Source: Methanocella sp.
Lineage (GTDB): Archaea; Thermoproteota; Bathyarchaeia; Bathyarchaeales; Bathycorpusculaceae
DNA: 64,000 bases
Direction: 5' to 3'
Assembly: GCA_050261115.1 (NCBI GenBank)
Contig: JBLNCY010000057.1
Span: 60,576 to 124,575 of the forward strand
The stretch's first letter is position 1; every line of letters begins with the position of its first letter. The notes beneath the pieces are model-generated. The model made no database searches. It was not told the origin of the DNA and worked only from the letters and a program-made list of their open reading frames with translations. This document shows, one piece after another, positions 46,933-57,644 of this stretch. The translations under genes were made by a program, and so were the position numbers.

Positions 46933-48648
46933 ATGAGAGATATGACTAAAATGACTGGTGCACAGGCACTACTACAATCCCTTGAAAGACAAAAAGTTGA
47001 CACAATCTTTGGCATCTTAGGCGGCGCCATCCTTCCAGTATACGATGCACTCTGCGGCAACTCCAAAATCCGCCACATCCTAGCCCGACATGAACAGTGT
47101 GCAGCCCACGAAGCTGAAGGATACGCCCGGGCCAGCGGACGCGTCGGCGTATGCATGGCAACATCCGGCCCCGGAGCAACCAACCTCGTAACGGGCATCG
47201 CAGACGCCTACATGGACTCCGTCCCCATCGTCGCATTAACCGGGCAAGTTCCCTCACAGGGTACAAACACCTCATACATGATCGGTCGAGATGCTTTCCA
47301 AGAAGCAGACATCATAGGCATCGTCACCGCCGTCACCAAATACAGCTACCAACCTCGAAACATCAGCGAAATCCCCGCAATGGTCAATAACGCCTTCTAC
47401 CTCGCCAACACCGGCCGACCTGGCCCAGTCCTAATTGACCTACCAAAAAACATCCAAACAGGCACCGGAGACATTCAATTCACCAACAAAATCAGCCTAA
47501 GAGGCTACAAACTAATCACCGAACCCAAACCATCCAAAATCAGCCAAGCCGCCGATCTCTTAGCCAAAGCTGAGTGCCCAATCATCCTTGCAGGCGGCGG
47601 AGTCATCACCGCAGCCGCATCTGACGAACTCACGGAGATGTCCGACCTATTGATGGCGCCAGTCGCAACCACCTTTATGGGTAAAGGCGCATTCCCCGAG
47701 ACTCATCCTCTCTCCTTGGGCAGCATCGGTATGCATGGCAACCCTGCAGCAAACCGCCTAATGGGCGAAGCCGACGTCTTACTGGCCGTCGGCACACGCT
47801 TCAGCGACCGCGCAACCACAAACTTAGACACATTTGCCCCCAACGCCAAAAAGATCCACATAGAAATCGACAACGCAGAAATCAACAAAAACGTCGATGT
47901 CGATGTGGCGATATTAGCGGATGCAAAGATTGCACTCAAGGCACTGCTGGCTGCCACCAAAGAGAAGCTGCAGAAAGGCGAAGGCAAAGCATGGACTAAA
48001 CGCGTCAAGGAAGCGAAAGAGCAGTTAAGCCCGCTGCTAAAGGACCGGCCCCGAGACGTTACCCCCAAGCACTTGCTAGCGGCTCTACGTGAGTTACTAC
48101 CCGAGAACGGTATAGTCACCACTGAGGTCGGTCAGAACCAGATGTGGAGCGCACTGTACTTTAAAGCCATAAAACCCCGCACATTCATCAGCAGCGGGGG
48201 CCTTGGAACCATGGGGTTTGGTTTCCCAGCAGCCATAGGCGCCAAAGTTGCCTGCCCAGATCGACCCGTCGTGGACATCGCAGGAGACGGCAGCTTTATC
48301 ATGAGCGAACAGGAGCTAGCATGTAGCGTCACTGAAAACATCCCAGTCACAGTCATAGTCCTAAACAATTCCGTGTTAGGTATGGTGGCACAGTGGCAAC
48401 GCACACTCTACGATCGCCGCTACAACGCCATAAACTTAGGCAAAACACCTGACTTTGTCAAATTAGCCGAGGCTTATGGGGCACAGGGATTCCGCGTAGG
48501 AAGCATCGAGGAATTCCAAAAAGCAGTTAAGACAGCACTGACCAGTAAGGTTACAACAGTCATCGACGTGCCAATAGGTTCCGAAACCGATGTGGTTCCG
48601 TTTGTGCCGCCGGGCTGTGGCTTACCAGAACAAAGAGGGGACTACTAA
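46933..48648 (+). CDS. ilvB: Acetolactate synthase large subunit
   Basis: RHEQCAAH, TSGPGATN, GRPGPVLIDLP, SGGLGTMG, GDGSF...NN TPP motif. Confidence 0.96.
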   Translation: MRDMTKMTGAQALLQSLERQKVDTIFGILGGAILPVYDALCGNSKIRHILARHEQCAAHEAEGYARASGRVGVCMATSGPGATNLVTGIADAYMDSVPIVALTGQVPSQGTNTSYMIGRDAFQEADIIGIVTAVTKYSYQPRNISEIPAMVNNAFYLANTGRPGPVLIDLPKNIQTGTGDIQFTNKISLRGYKLITEPKPSKISQAADLLAKAECPIILAGGGVITAAASDELTEMSDLLMAPVATTFMGKGAFPETHPLSLGSIGMHGNPAANRLMGEADVLLAVGTRFSDRATTNLDTFAPNAKKIHIEIDNAEINKNVDVDVAILADAKIALKALLAATKEKLQKGEGKAWTKRVKEAKEQLSPLLKDRPRDVTPKHLLAALRELLPENGIVTTEVGQNQMWSALYFKAIKPRTFISSGGLGTMGFGFPAAIGAKVACPDRPVVDIAGDGSFIMSEQELACSVTENIPVTVIVLNNSVLGMVAQWQRTLYDRRYNAINLGKTPDFVKLAEAYGAQGFRVGSIEEFQKAVKTALTSKVTTVIDVPIGSETDVVPFVPPGCGLPEQRGDY

Positions 48649-49160
48649 TGGAAGCAGGAAGAACCAAAGTCATATCCATCCTAGTCGAAAACCGACCTGG
48701 TGTCCTACACATGATCTCAAACCTGTTTAGGCGCCGAAACTTTAACATCGAAAGCATCACCGTCGGCCCAACCCAGGAGCCAGACATCTCACGCATGACC
48801 ATAACCGTCAACGAAGACGACAAAACCGTTGAGCAAGTCGTCAAGCAAGTCGCCAAACAAATCGACGTACTCAAAGTCGCCGAACTTGAACCAGGCGGCT
48901 TTGTCATGCGCGAACTCGCCCTCATCAAGGTTGCAGTAGCAGACTCCAAACAACGCAGCGACATCATGAACTTCGTCACCGTATTCCGCGGACGCATCAT
49001 CGACGTCTCCACAGACAGCATAACCGTAGAGATCACTGGAGCCCCTGACAAGATCGATGCCTTCCTGAATCTCATGAAGACCTTCGGCATTATCGAACTA
49101 GCACGAACCGGCATTACAGCGTTAGCTCGAGGCGCAAAATCCATCAGAATAGACCAATAA
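48648..49160 (+). CDS. ilvN: Acetolactate synthase small (regulatory) subunit
   Basis: VENRPGVL...RRNFNIESI ACT domain; ELARTG. Confidence 0.95.
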   Translation: MEAGRTKVISILVENRPGVLHMISNLFRRRNFNIESITVGPTQEPDISRMTITVNEDDKTVEQVVKQVAKQIDVLKVAELEPGGFVMRELALIKVAVADSKQRSDIMNFVTVFRGRIIDVSTDSITVEITGAPDKIDAFLNLMKTFGIIELARTGITALARGAKSIRIDQ

Positions 49161-49257
49161 AGTATTCCGCTAAGGTGGAAATACTTAAACGTCTCTTCTT
49201 TTAAAATTGCCCTATCCATAGGCTAATTTGAAGTTAATAGTAGGAAAAGATGTACCA

Positions 49258-50520
49258 ATGAATATTACTGAAAAAATCTTGGCTAAAGCAGCCGGCAAGA
49301 AAGTTGTACATCCTGGCGAAATCGTCGATGCAGACCTCGATATGGTCATGATACACGACTTAACTGGACCTTTAGCAGTGGAATCCTTCAAAAAAATAGG
49401 AACCCCCCGCGTGTGGGATAACAAAAAGGTAATAATAATTCTGGATCACCAAGTCCCCGCTGAATCCGTCAAGGCAGCGGAACTTCACAAAACAATGCGC
49501 AACTTCGCAAAAGAACAAGGCATCAAAATCTACGATGTAGGCCGAGGCGGCATATGCCACCAAGTCATGCCCGAACAGGGACACGTAACCCCCGGTGACG
49601 TTATCATCGGCGCAGACAGCCACACCTGCACCTACGGCGCATTCGGCGCATTCGCTACAGGCGTAGGCTCAACCGAGGCAGCCGCAGCCATGGCAACCGG
49701 CAAAATCTGGTTCAAAGTGCCCCCAACCATCAAAATCGACGTCAAAGGCCAATTCAAAGAGTACGTTGCCCCAAAAGACCTGATCTTAAACGTCATCGGC
49801 ACCTTAAGTGTAGACGGCGCAATCTACAAGGCCGCTGAATTCACAGGCCCCACCATAAAAGCCATGAGCATAGCCGGCAGAATGACGCTGTGCAACATGG
49901 CAGTTGAGTTCGGAGCCAAAAACGGCATAATCGCCCCCGACGAAGTCACCACCGAATTCCTAAAGAGCAGAATCCCCCAGATACCAAACATTAACGCCCT
50001 GCAAAGCGACAAAGATGCCGAATACGAACGAACCGCAGAATTCGACGTCACCAACCTAGAGCCCCAGGTAGCTTGCCCAAGCAGCGTCGACAACGTTAAA
50101 CCCGTCAGCGAAATCGGCAACGTACCAGTAGAGCAAGCCTTCATCGGCAGCTGCACAAACGGCCGCCTAGAAGACTTGCGCCTAGCTGCAAAGGTTATGA
50201 AGGGTAAAAAAGTCAAAGACGGCGTACGCGCCCTAGTTATCCCAGCTTCGCAAGAGGTTTGGAAGCAAGCTAACGAGGAAGGTTTACTGCAAATCTTTAC
50301 CGAGGCAGGTGCAGTCGTGTGCGGCTCCGCTTGTGGTCCATGCTTAGGCGGCCACATCGGGTTACTGGCAGCAGGTGAGACCTGTGTTTCTTCGAGCAAC
50401 CGTAACTTCATCGGCAGAATGGGTAGCCCCAAAGCAAACGTCTACTTAGCTTCTCCCGCAACAGTTGCCGCTTCAGCTATTGCAGGCAGAATCATATCTC
50501 CAGCGGAGGTTAAAGCCTAA
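49258..50520 (+). CDS. leuC: 3-isopropylmalate dehydratase large subunit (LeuC/HacA family)
   Basis: GICHQ, ADSHTCT, GSCTNGR, CGPCLG, NRNFIGRMG. Confidence 0.9.
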   Translation: MNITEKILAKAAGKKVVHPGEIVDADLDMVMIHDLTGPLAVESFKKIGTPRVWDNKKVIIILDHQVPAESVKAAELHKTMRNFAKEQGIKIYDVGRGGICHQVMPEQGHVTPGDVIIGADSHTCTYGAFGAFATGVGSTEAAAAMATGKIWFKVPPTIKIDVKGQFKEYVAPKDLILNVIGTLSVDGAIYKAAEFTGPTIKAMSIAGRMTLCNMAVEFGAKNGIIAPDEVTTEFLKSRIPQIPNINALQSDKDAEYERTAEFDVTNLEPQVACPSSVDNVKPVSEIGNVPVEQAFIGSCTNGRLEDLRLAAKVMKGKKVKDGVRALVIPASQEVWKQANEEGLLQIFTEAGAVVCGSACGPCLGGHIGLLAAGETCVSSSNRNFIGRMGSPKANVYLASPATVAASAIAGRIISPAEVKA

Positions 50521-51020
50521 TGGAATCGAAAATAAAAGCAAAAGCCGCAGTCCTAGGAAACAATATCGACACAGACGTCATCTTACCCGGCAAATACCTG
50601 ATCCTAGTCGACCCCTATGATCTAGCGAAACATGCATTGGCCGGTTTAGATGAGCACTTTGTTGACAAAGCCAAAGACGGAATCATACTCATCGGCGGCA
50701 AAAACTTTGGATGCGGATCAAGCCGCGAACAGGCACCGCTAGCCCTGAAGTACTCAGGCGTCAAATGCGTCATCGCGGAATCTTTTGCACGTATCTTCTA
50801 CCGCAACAGCATAAACATCGGTTTACCAGTTATCGAATGCAAAGGCATCCATGATGCGGTCAAAGAAGGCGACGAAATCCTGGTTGACTTAGAAGCAGGC
50901 AAAATCACCAATCTAACCACAAAGCAGCCGCTAGAGGGAACCAAGCTGCCCCCCTCCATTATGGAGATCCTAGCTGACGGCGGCTTAATTGAGAACTTAC
51001 GTAAGAGGATGAAGAAATGA
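50520..51020 (+). CDS. leuD: 3-isopropylmalate dehydratase small subunit
   Basis: [29 protein letters not shown]. Confidence 0.9.
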   Translation: MESKIKAKAAVLGNNIDTDVILPGKYLILVDPYDLAKHALAGLDEHFVDKAKDGIILIGGKNFGCGSSREQAPLALKYSGVKCVIAESFARIFYRNSINIGLPVIECKGIHDAVKEGDEILVDLEAGKITNLTTKQPLEGTKLPPSIMEILADGGLIENLRKRMKK

Positions 51021-52045
51021 CCGAATACAAGATAGCCCTGATGCCCGGCGACGGCATCGGCCCAGAATTAACCGAAGCAACCCTGAAAGTCTTAGCAGTA
51101 GCTCAGCAAAAGTTTGGGTTCAAACTTGATTTTGTTAAGGCTGAGGCAGGCGACGCTGTCCTCAAAGCACGCGGTGCAGCCCTACCCGTCGAGAGCCTAC
51201 AAGCTATCCAAAGCTCACAAGCCTGCCTTAAAGGCCCCGTCGGCGAAACCGCAGCAGACGTCATAGTCAAACTACGCCTGCTCTTTGACCTATATGCAAA
51301 CATACGCCCACTAAAAGCATACCCCCATGTTCCAGTAGCATCCCCAAACATCGACATGGTCTTTGTGCGTGAAAACACCGAAGACGTTTACAAAGGCCAA
51401 GAATTCACCATAGGCAACGACACAACCATCTGCCTTAGAGTCATAACACGCAAAAACTGCGAACGTATAGCCAAACGCGCGTTTGAAACCGCCCGCCTAC
51501 GTAATGGAAAAAAGAAAGTCACCGCCATCCACAAGGCCAATGTCATGCGAGTCACCGACGGCTTATTCAAGAAAGTCTGCGCAGAAGTCGCCAAACAGTA
51601 CCCCGACATCACATACAACGAAATGTATGTTGACGCTGCATCCATGCATCTAATTCGCAAACCCGATGAATTCGACGTGTTATGTACCTGTAACATGTTC
51701 GGCGACATATTAAGTGACGAAGCGGCGCAGCTCATCGGCGGTTTAGGTATGGCTCCGGGCGCAAACATCGGCGATAACTTTGCTCTGTTTGAACCCATTC
51801 ATGGCTGTGCACCAGACATAGTGGGAAAACACATCGCTAACCCCATCAGCATGATTCTCTCAGCAAAGATGATGCTAGACTGGCTAGGTGAACGTTACAG
51901 CCATCAGAACTGCATCAAGGCAGCCGCCGCCATCGAAGCTGCAGTCATCAAAACCTTAGCCAGCGGTATAGTTGTTCCAGACTTAGGCGGCAAAGCCACC
52001 ACCATGCAGATGGCTGAAGCAATAGCAACCAATCTAAGCCCATAG
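51017..52045 (+). CDS. leuB: 3-isopropylmalate dehydrogenase
   Basis: GDGIGPE, RENTE, HKANV, NMFGDILSD, EPIHG; leu operon context. Confidence 0.85.
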   Translation: MTEYKIALMPGDGIGPELTEATLKVLAVAQQKFGFKLDFVKAEAGDAVLKARGAALPVESLQAIQSSQACLKGPVGETAADVIVKLRLLFDLYANIRPLKAYPHVPVASPNIDMVFVRENTEDVYKGQEFTIGNDTTICLRVITRKNCERIAKRAFETARLRNGKKKVTAIHKANVMRVTDGLFKKVCAEVAKQYPDITYNEMYVDAASMHLIRKPDEFDVLCTCNMFGDILSDEAAQLIGGLGMAPGANIGDNFALFEPIHGCAPDIVGKHIANPISMILSAKMMLDWLGERYSHQNCIKAAAAIEAAVIKTLASGIVVPDLGGKATTMQMAEAIATNLSP

Positions 52046-52057
52046 AGCCGTGAAAGT

Positions 52058-53581
52058 ATGAGTAACCAAACCCCTCGATCTATCAGAATACTAGACACAA
52101 CCTTAAGAGACGGGGAACAAACCCCTGGTGTCTCCTTAACAGCGGAAGATAAGATTGAGATAGCGCAGCAACTAAGCAAGCTGGGCGTTGATATTATCGA
52201 AGCGGGTTTCCCAAGCAGTTCCGAGGGCGAACGCAAAATTGTCAAAGAAATCGCAAAGCTTGGCTTAAAATCCAAGGTCTGCGCATTATCGCGCTGCACC
52301 AAAAAAGACATTGACGCAGCACTGGCATGTGATGTTGACTTAATCCACGTTTTCATCCCTACCTCGCCAGTGCAGATGAAATACGCAGTAAACATGACTC
52401 CCGAGCAGGTCTTAGCTTCCGCGGTGGACTCTATTGGATATGTTAAGAAGCATGGTGTAGCCTGCGAGTTTTCGCCTATGGATGCTACACGCACCGAGAA
52501 ACCGTTTTTGCATCAAATCTGCAAAGCGGCGCAAGACGCAGGCATGGATAGTCTCAACGTTCCTGACACCGTGGGCTGCATGATTCCCCGAACAACCTAC
52601 GAGCTATTCAAAGACCTAAAAAACTTCGTCAAGGTTCCACTCAGCGCTCACTGCCATAACGACTTCGGATTAGCAGTAGCAAACAGTCTTGCGGCTGTGG
52701 AAGCAGGCGCAGACCAAGTGCACGTCGCAATCAACGGCTTAGGCGAAAGGGCAGGCAATGCGGCGCTCGAAGAAGTAGTCACAACCCTACATGTGGCCTA
52801 CGGCTACAAAACCAACATCAACACTCGCTTACTGTATAGTACCTCAAGAATGGTTGCCTCGCTAAGCGGCGTCTCCGTACAGATCAACAAAGCCATCGTT
52901 GGCGAAAACGCGTTTGCTCACGAATCAGGCATCCACACCCGAGGCGTAACTGAGCAGCCCTTAACGTTTGAGCCTATCAGCCCAGAGTTGGTTGGCAGAA
53001 CCAGAAAGCTGGTGGCAGGTAAACTCGCTGGCACACGAGGCATACAGGCGGAGCTAAACGAAATCGGGATCCACCCCAATGAAGCTCAATTAGCCGACAT
53101 CGTAAAACGGGTCAAAGAGCTAGGCGATAAAGGCAAACTGGTTACTGATGCAGACTTGATTGCGATTACTAGCGCTGTTATGGGGCAAGTGGTTGGCGAG
53201 GAGAAAATCGTTGACCTATGCGATATGGCAGTTATCACGGGCATAAAAGTCATCCCAACCGCGTCTGTCCGATTGATGCTTGATGGCAAGGAATACGTGG
53301 CGGCAGAAACCGGCGTTGGCCCAGTCGATGCAGTGCTCAAAGCCATTCAGAAACTAACCAACAACGTAGAAAAAATCCGACTAAGCGAATACCGCCTAGA
53401 AGCAATCACAGGTGGCTCTAACGCTGTGGCTGAAGTCGTCATAAAAGTCGAAGACGAAAAAGGCAACATAGTATCTGCACGTGCCGCCAGAGAAGACATC
53501 GTTATGGCATCTGTTGAGGCAATGATAAACGGTATTAACAAGTGTCTGCTAAAGAATCGTAATCAAGGCCAGAAACAATGA
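52058..53581 (+). CDS. leuA: 2-isopropylmalate synthase (LeuA/CimA family)
   Basis: DTTLRDGEQ, HCHND, GERAGNA, HESGIH, C-terminal regulatory domain (GVGPVDA); CimA activity not excluded. Confidence 0.8.
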   Translation: MSNQTPRSIRILDTTLRDGEQTPGVSLTAEDKIEIAQQLSKLGVDIIEAGFPSSSEGERKIVKEIAKLGLKSKVCALSRCTKKDIDAALACDVDLIHVFIPTSPVQMKYAVNMTPEQVLASAVDSIGYVKKHGVACEFSPMDATRTEKPFLHQICKAAQDAGMDSLNVPDTVGCMIPRTTYELFKDLKNFVKVPLSAHCHNDFGLAVANSLAAVEAGADQVHVAINGLGERAGNAALEEVVTTLHVAYGYKTNINTRLLYSTSRMVASLSGVSVQINKAIVGENAFAHESGIHTRGVTEQPLTFEPISPELVGRTRKLVAGKLAGTRGIQAELNEIGIHPNEAQLADIVKRVKELGDKGKLVTDADLIAITSAVMGQVVGEEKIVDLCDMAVITGIKVIPTASVRLMLDGKEYVAAETGVGPVDAVLKAIQKLTNNVEKIRLSEYRLEAITGGSNAVAEVVIKVEDEKGNIVSARAAREDIVMASVEAMINGINKCLLKNRNQGQKQ

Positions 53582-54390
53582 AGGTAACCTATCAGGGAGA
53601 AAGCGGCGCATACAGCGAAATGGCCGTCTTCAAGTTCTTCGGCAGCAAAGCCGAGCCCATCCCCTGCAAAGACTTCCGCGACGTATTCGAATCCGTAAAA
53701 ATCGGCGCTGTTCCCCACGGGGTGGTTCCGATTGAGAACTCGATCGAGGGCAGCGTAAACCAGAACTACGATCTATTTCTGGTTTATGACCTTAAAGTAT
53801 GCGGGGAAGTAGCCGTTAAACTCGCCCATGTCCTGATTGGTAACCCGCAAACTAAACTTGAAGAAGTGGAAACCGTTTATTCACATCCTCAGGCGCTTGG
53901 TCAATGCCGTAGCTACCTCGAGCAGCACAAGTGGGAAATCATCCCAGCCTACGACACCGCCGGCTCCGTCAAAATCATCAAGGAACGCAAACTCTACAAC
54001 GCCGCAGCCATCGCCAGCGAAAAAGCCGCTGAACTCTACGGCATGAAAATCCTCGCACGCGACATCGCCGATAACCTAAACAACTACACCCGCTTCCTCG
54101 TCCTCTCACACGAAGACGCAGCACCCACAGGAGACGACAAAACCTCAATCATCTTCCAGACCAAACACGTGCCTGGTGCACTTTACCATGCGCTTGGTGA
54201 ATTTGCCTGCCGAAACATCAACCTAACCCGAATTGAGTCCAGACCCACCAAGACCACTGCGTGGCAGTACAATTTTTACCTTGACTTTGAGGGACACCGA
54301 ACAGAGAAACGATGTGCAGAAGCGTTGCAGGCATTGGAGAAGTATGCCTCTTTTGTAAAGATTCTGGGCTCTTATCCTAGAGTCATTTAA
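53578..54390 (+). CDS. pheA: Prephenate dehydratase
   Basis: QGESGAYSE, PIENSIEGSV, SHPQALGQC, NYTRF, IESRP, LGSYP. Confidence 0.95.
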   Translation: MKVTYQGESGAYSEMAVFKFFGSKAEPIPCKDFRDVFESVKIGAVPHGVVPIENSIEGSVNQNYDLFLVYDLKVCGEVAVKLAHVLIGNPQTKLEEVETVYSHPQALGQCRSYLEQHKWEIIPAYDTAGSVKIIKERKLYNAAAIASEKAAELYGMKILARDIADNLNNYTRFLVLSHEDAAPTGDDKTSIIFQTKHVPGALYHALGEFACRNINLTRIESRPTKTTAWQYNFYLDFEGHRTEKRCAEALQALEKYASFVKILGSYPRVI

Positions 54391-54488
54391 CCCCCATTTC
54401 TTAACGGCAAAACCATCTTTTCTGGCTGCCAATCGGTAGTAACAAACCCTGAAATACCCTACCCTCCAAGAATAGATTGGCGATTTTT

Positions 54489-55537
54489 ATGAAAGCCTTT
54501 GTCATGAAAGAAATCAGCTCGGTAGGTTTCATGGAAAAGCCTATTCCTGAAGCTGGACCAAACGATGCCATCATAAAGACCACAGCAGCGCTGGTTTGCA
54601 CTTCTGACTCCCACACAGTCCGCGGCGCAATCGGGCCACGTAAGAACATCACACTTGGGCATGAAGCAGTAGGCACCGTGTATAAGGTCGGTAGCCAAGT
54701 AAAGCTATTTAAGCCCGGCGATAGGGTTGCGGTTGGCGCCATCACCCCCGACTGGGGCGACCTGGCATCCCAAGCGGGCCACCCTTCACAGTCAGGTCAA
54801 CCGTTGGGCGGCTGGAAGTTTTCTAACACCAAAGACGGCGTCTTTGCAGAATACTTCCACGTAAACGAGGCAGACGCTAACATGGCTAAAATCCCCGACC
54901 ATGTACCCGATGAGGCCGCCGTTTATGTGTGTGATATGATGTCTACGGGGTTTGCGGGTGCAGAAGCCGCAGACATCCCCATCGGTGGGATTGCGGCGGT
55001 GTTTGCTTTGGGGCCGGTTGGTTTAATGGCGGTGGCTGGCTCTAAATTGCGGGGTGCTGGCACAATCATAGGCATAGATACGGTGCCTGCTCGGAGGGAA
55101 ATTGCGAAGTTCTATGGGGCAGACATAACAATCAACCCAGCTAAGGAGGATGCAGTTGAGCGAATTATGGAGCTCACAGGCGGAAGCGGCGTAGACAGCG
55201 CCATTGAAGCATTAGGCGCCGAGGTTACCTTCCAGAACGCAATCAAAGTCACCAAGGCGGGCGGAACCATCTCAAACATCGGATACCATGGCGAGGGTGA
55301 GTTTGTGGGGATTCCTCGAATTGCTGGGGGGTGGGTATGGCTGAGAAAACCATAAAGACCTCTCTTTGCCCCGGCGGCCGTTTAAGGTTGACACGGTTGT
55401 TGTGGATGCTTGAGAACAAAAAGCTGGACCCCACCAAGATGACGACGCACACCTTTAGCTTCGATGAGGCAGACAAGGCTTTTGAGGTTATGGATAAGAA
55501 GCTGGATGGTGTAATTAAGCCACTCATAAAATTCTAA
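54489..55537 (+). pseudogene. adh: Zn-dependent secondary alcohol dehydrogenase split by a -1 frameshift near 55324
   Basis: CTSDSH, GHEAVG, DMMSTG, ALGPVGL; the C-terminus VGMAEKTIKTSLCPGGRLR...DGVIKPLIKF is in the -1 frame. Confidence 0.85.
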
Positions 55538-55668
55538 ACATCAATCCCCTGTTAGCTTTGCTGTGCTCGACTGTTCCAGCGTATGATGCGGCGATTTATC
55601 TTAAACTGATGTGCAGTCAGATAGCCATAAAATACACCACAGACCATTTATCCCTCAGGTGAACCAGA

Positions 55669-56112
55669 ATGAATTGCCCCCGATGCGCAAACCCAGTAAC
55701 CGAAGGCTCAGTGTTCTGCACACAATGCGGAGGCCCACTCACATCTACCCCAAACAGCCAATTCCTAATCGTAACCACACCCACCGTACCAGGTTTTAGG
55801 ATTAAGCGGGTTATTGGTATAGTGACGGGTCTTACTCCACGCACCCGGGGAATACTAGGCCAATTTGTTGCAGGTTGGCAATCTCTGGCTGGCGGGGAAG
55901 TAACAGCGTTTACCTCAGAGGTTGAGAAGGCCCGCTGGGAAGCCATCGAACGTGCCAAAGCCAGCGCCATTGCACTTGGCGCAAACGCCATTGTCGGTAT
56001 GGATATCGAAACTTCGGATATGGGAACTCAGAATGGGATAATGCTGTTCTCAGCCACAGGCACCGCTGTAGTTATCGAACCTGAAAGCAGCCCCGTCGCT
56101 GAAAGTCAATGA
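55669..56112 (+). CDS. Zinc-ribbon plus YbjQ/UPF0145 (putative heavy-metal-binding) domain protein
   Basis: CPRC...FCTQCG; IVTTPTVPG, GGEV, LGANAIVG, ATGTAV. Confidence 0.85.
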   Translation: MNCPRCANPVTEGSVFCTQCGGPLTSTPNSQFLIVTTPTVPGFRIKRVIGIVTGLTPRTRGILGQFVAGWQSLAGGEVTAFTSEVEKARWEAIERAKASAIALGANAIVGMDIETSDMGTQNGIMLFSATGTAVVIEPESSPVAESQ

Positions 56113-57644
56113 CTCAGCCAATTTTCCCCAAATCGCTATCGTATCCTGCCGTGCCGCTACATGCACTTCTTGAAAAAACCGCCCAAATCCTCCTCGAAAA
56201 ACCCGCGCTCATCTGCGGCACGCAAGAACTCAGCTACACCCAGCTAAACCGGCTATCTAACCGATTTGCCAACGCCCTGCTACGGTTGGATGTGCAGAGG
56301 GGAGACCGTGTGGCACTCTACCTGCCGAATACTCCGCAGTTTGTCGTCGCTTGCTTTGGTGCACTAAAGGCAGGCTGCGTGGTTACAGCGGTTAGTCCGC
56401 TGCATAAGGAGCGTGTGCTTCAAGCTCAACTCTGCGATTCAGGCGCCAAAGTCCTAGTGGCATTCGACGGACAGCAACCAATCATAGATAGCTTAAAAGA
56501 GAAACCGCTTCATGTCATAACCGCTGACTTTGCAGACTCCACTTTTAGTGGCTTACTTTCGGGGTTATCCGAAGCTGAGCCGGGAGCTGAGGTTTCACCC
56601 GCTACCTTGGCAGCGCTACAATACACAGGAGGCACCACGGGAACCCCCAAAGCAGCCATGCTAACCCACAAAAACCTCGTCAGCAACGCCACCCAATTCG
56701 CAGCTGCAATAAACGCAACACAAGACGATGTCTTTTTGGCTGCGCTGCCGCTTTTTCACATATATGGCTTTACCACCAGCCTCACGGTGCCACTCAGCGT
56801 GGGCGCAAAAATTGTGCTGCTACCAAAGTTTGAACCAACCGCGGTGCTTTGCGCTATTGAGCGGCATAGGGTTACGGTTTTCTGCGGCGTGCCAACAATG
56901 TATCAACTGCTAACGGCACAACCTGACTTGGGGAATTATGATTTGGCTTCGATTAGGGTTTGCGTTTCGGGGGCTTCGGCGTTGCCGCCTCAAACACAAA
57001 AGCAGTTTATGGCTGTCACCGACGGTGTACTGGTTGAGGGCTATGGTTTGTCGGAGGCTTCGCCTGTTACCCACTGCAACCCCCCTGATAGGGCGACGCT
57101 TCATGTAGGTTCCATCGGCTTCCCTCTTCCAGATACAGAGGTACGGATTGTGGACCTAGAAACCAGCACCAGACCGCTCCCCGCTGGGGAAGTCGGCGAG
57201 TTAGCTGTGAAGGGACCCCAAGTCATGAGCGGCTATTGGAATCGCCCCGAAGAAACCGCCCTTGTATTGCGAGATGGGTGGCTGCTTACAGGCGACATTG
57301 CCCGCATGGGCCCAGACGGCTGCTTCTACCTTGTTGACCGTAAAAAAGACCTCATCAAACACAAAGGCTACAGCATCTACCCCCGTGAACTAGAAGATGT
57401 CCTATATGAGCATCCCGTTGTCAAGCTCTGTGCGGTCGTCGGTAAACCTGTCGGGATGGGTGATGAGGTTCCAGTAGCGTTTGTCGTACCCAAAATGGGC
57501 ACGGCGGTCTCGGAGGAGGAGTTGAAGGCGTTTGTTAACTGCAAAGTCGCTTCTTACATGGCCATCCGCGAAGTCACTTTCCAAGAGGAGTTGCCTATTA
57601 GCGCCGCGGGTAAAGTGCTTAAACGCGCCCTAAGAAAGCCCTAA
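56109..57644 (+). CDS. Long-chain fatty acid-CoA ligase (ANL adenylate-forming enzyme)
   Basis: YTGGTTGTPK, LPLFHIYG, EGYGLSE, TGDIA, DRKKD, GKVLKR. Confidence 0.9.
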   Translation: MTQPIFPKSLSYPAVPLHALLEKTAQILLEKPALICGTQELSYTQLNRLSNRFANALLRLDVQRGDRVALYLPNTPQFVVACFGALKAGCVVTAVSPLHKERVLQAQLCDSGAKVLVAFDGQQPIIDSLKEKPLHVITADFADSTFSGLLSGLSEAEPGAEVSPATLAALQYTGGTTGTPKAAMLTHKNLVSNATQFAAAINATQDDVFLAALPLFHIYGFTTSLTVPLSVGAKIVLLPKFEPTAVLCAIERHRVTVFCGVPTMYQLLTAQPDLGNYDLASIRVCVSGASALPPQTQKQFMAVTDGVLVEGYGLSEASPVTHCNPPDRATLHVGSIGFPLPDTEVRIVDLETSTRPLPAGEVGELAVKGPQVMSGYWNRPEETALVLRDGWLLTGDIARMGPDGCFYLVDRKKDLIKHKGYSIYPRELEDVLYEHPVVKLCAVVGKPVGMGDEVPVAFVVPKMGTAVSEEELKAFVNCKVASYMAIREVTFQEELPISAAGKVLKRALRKP

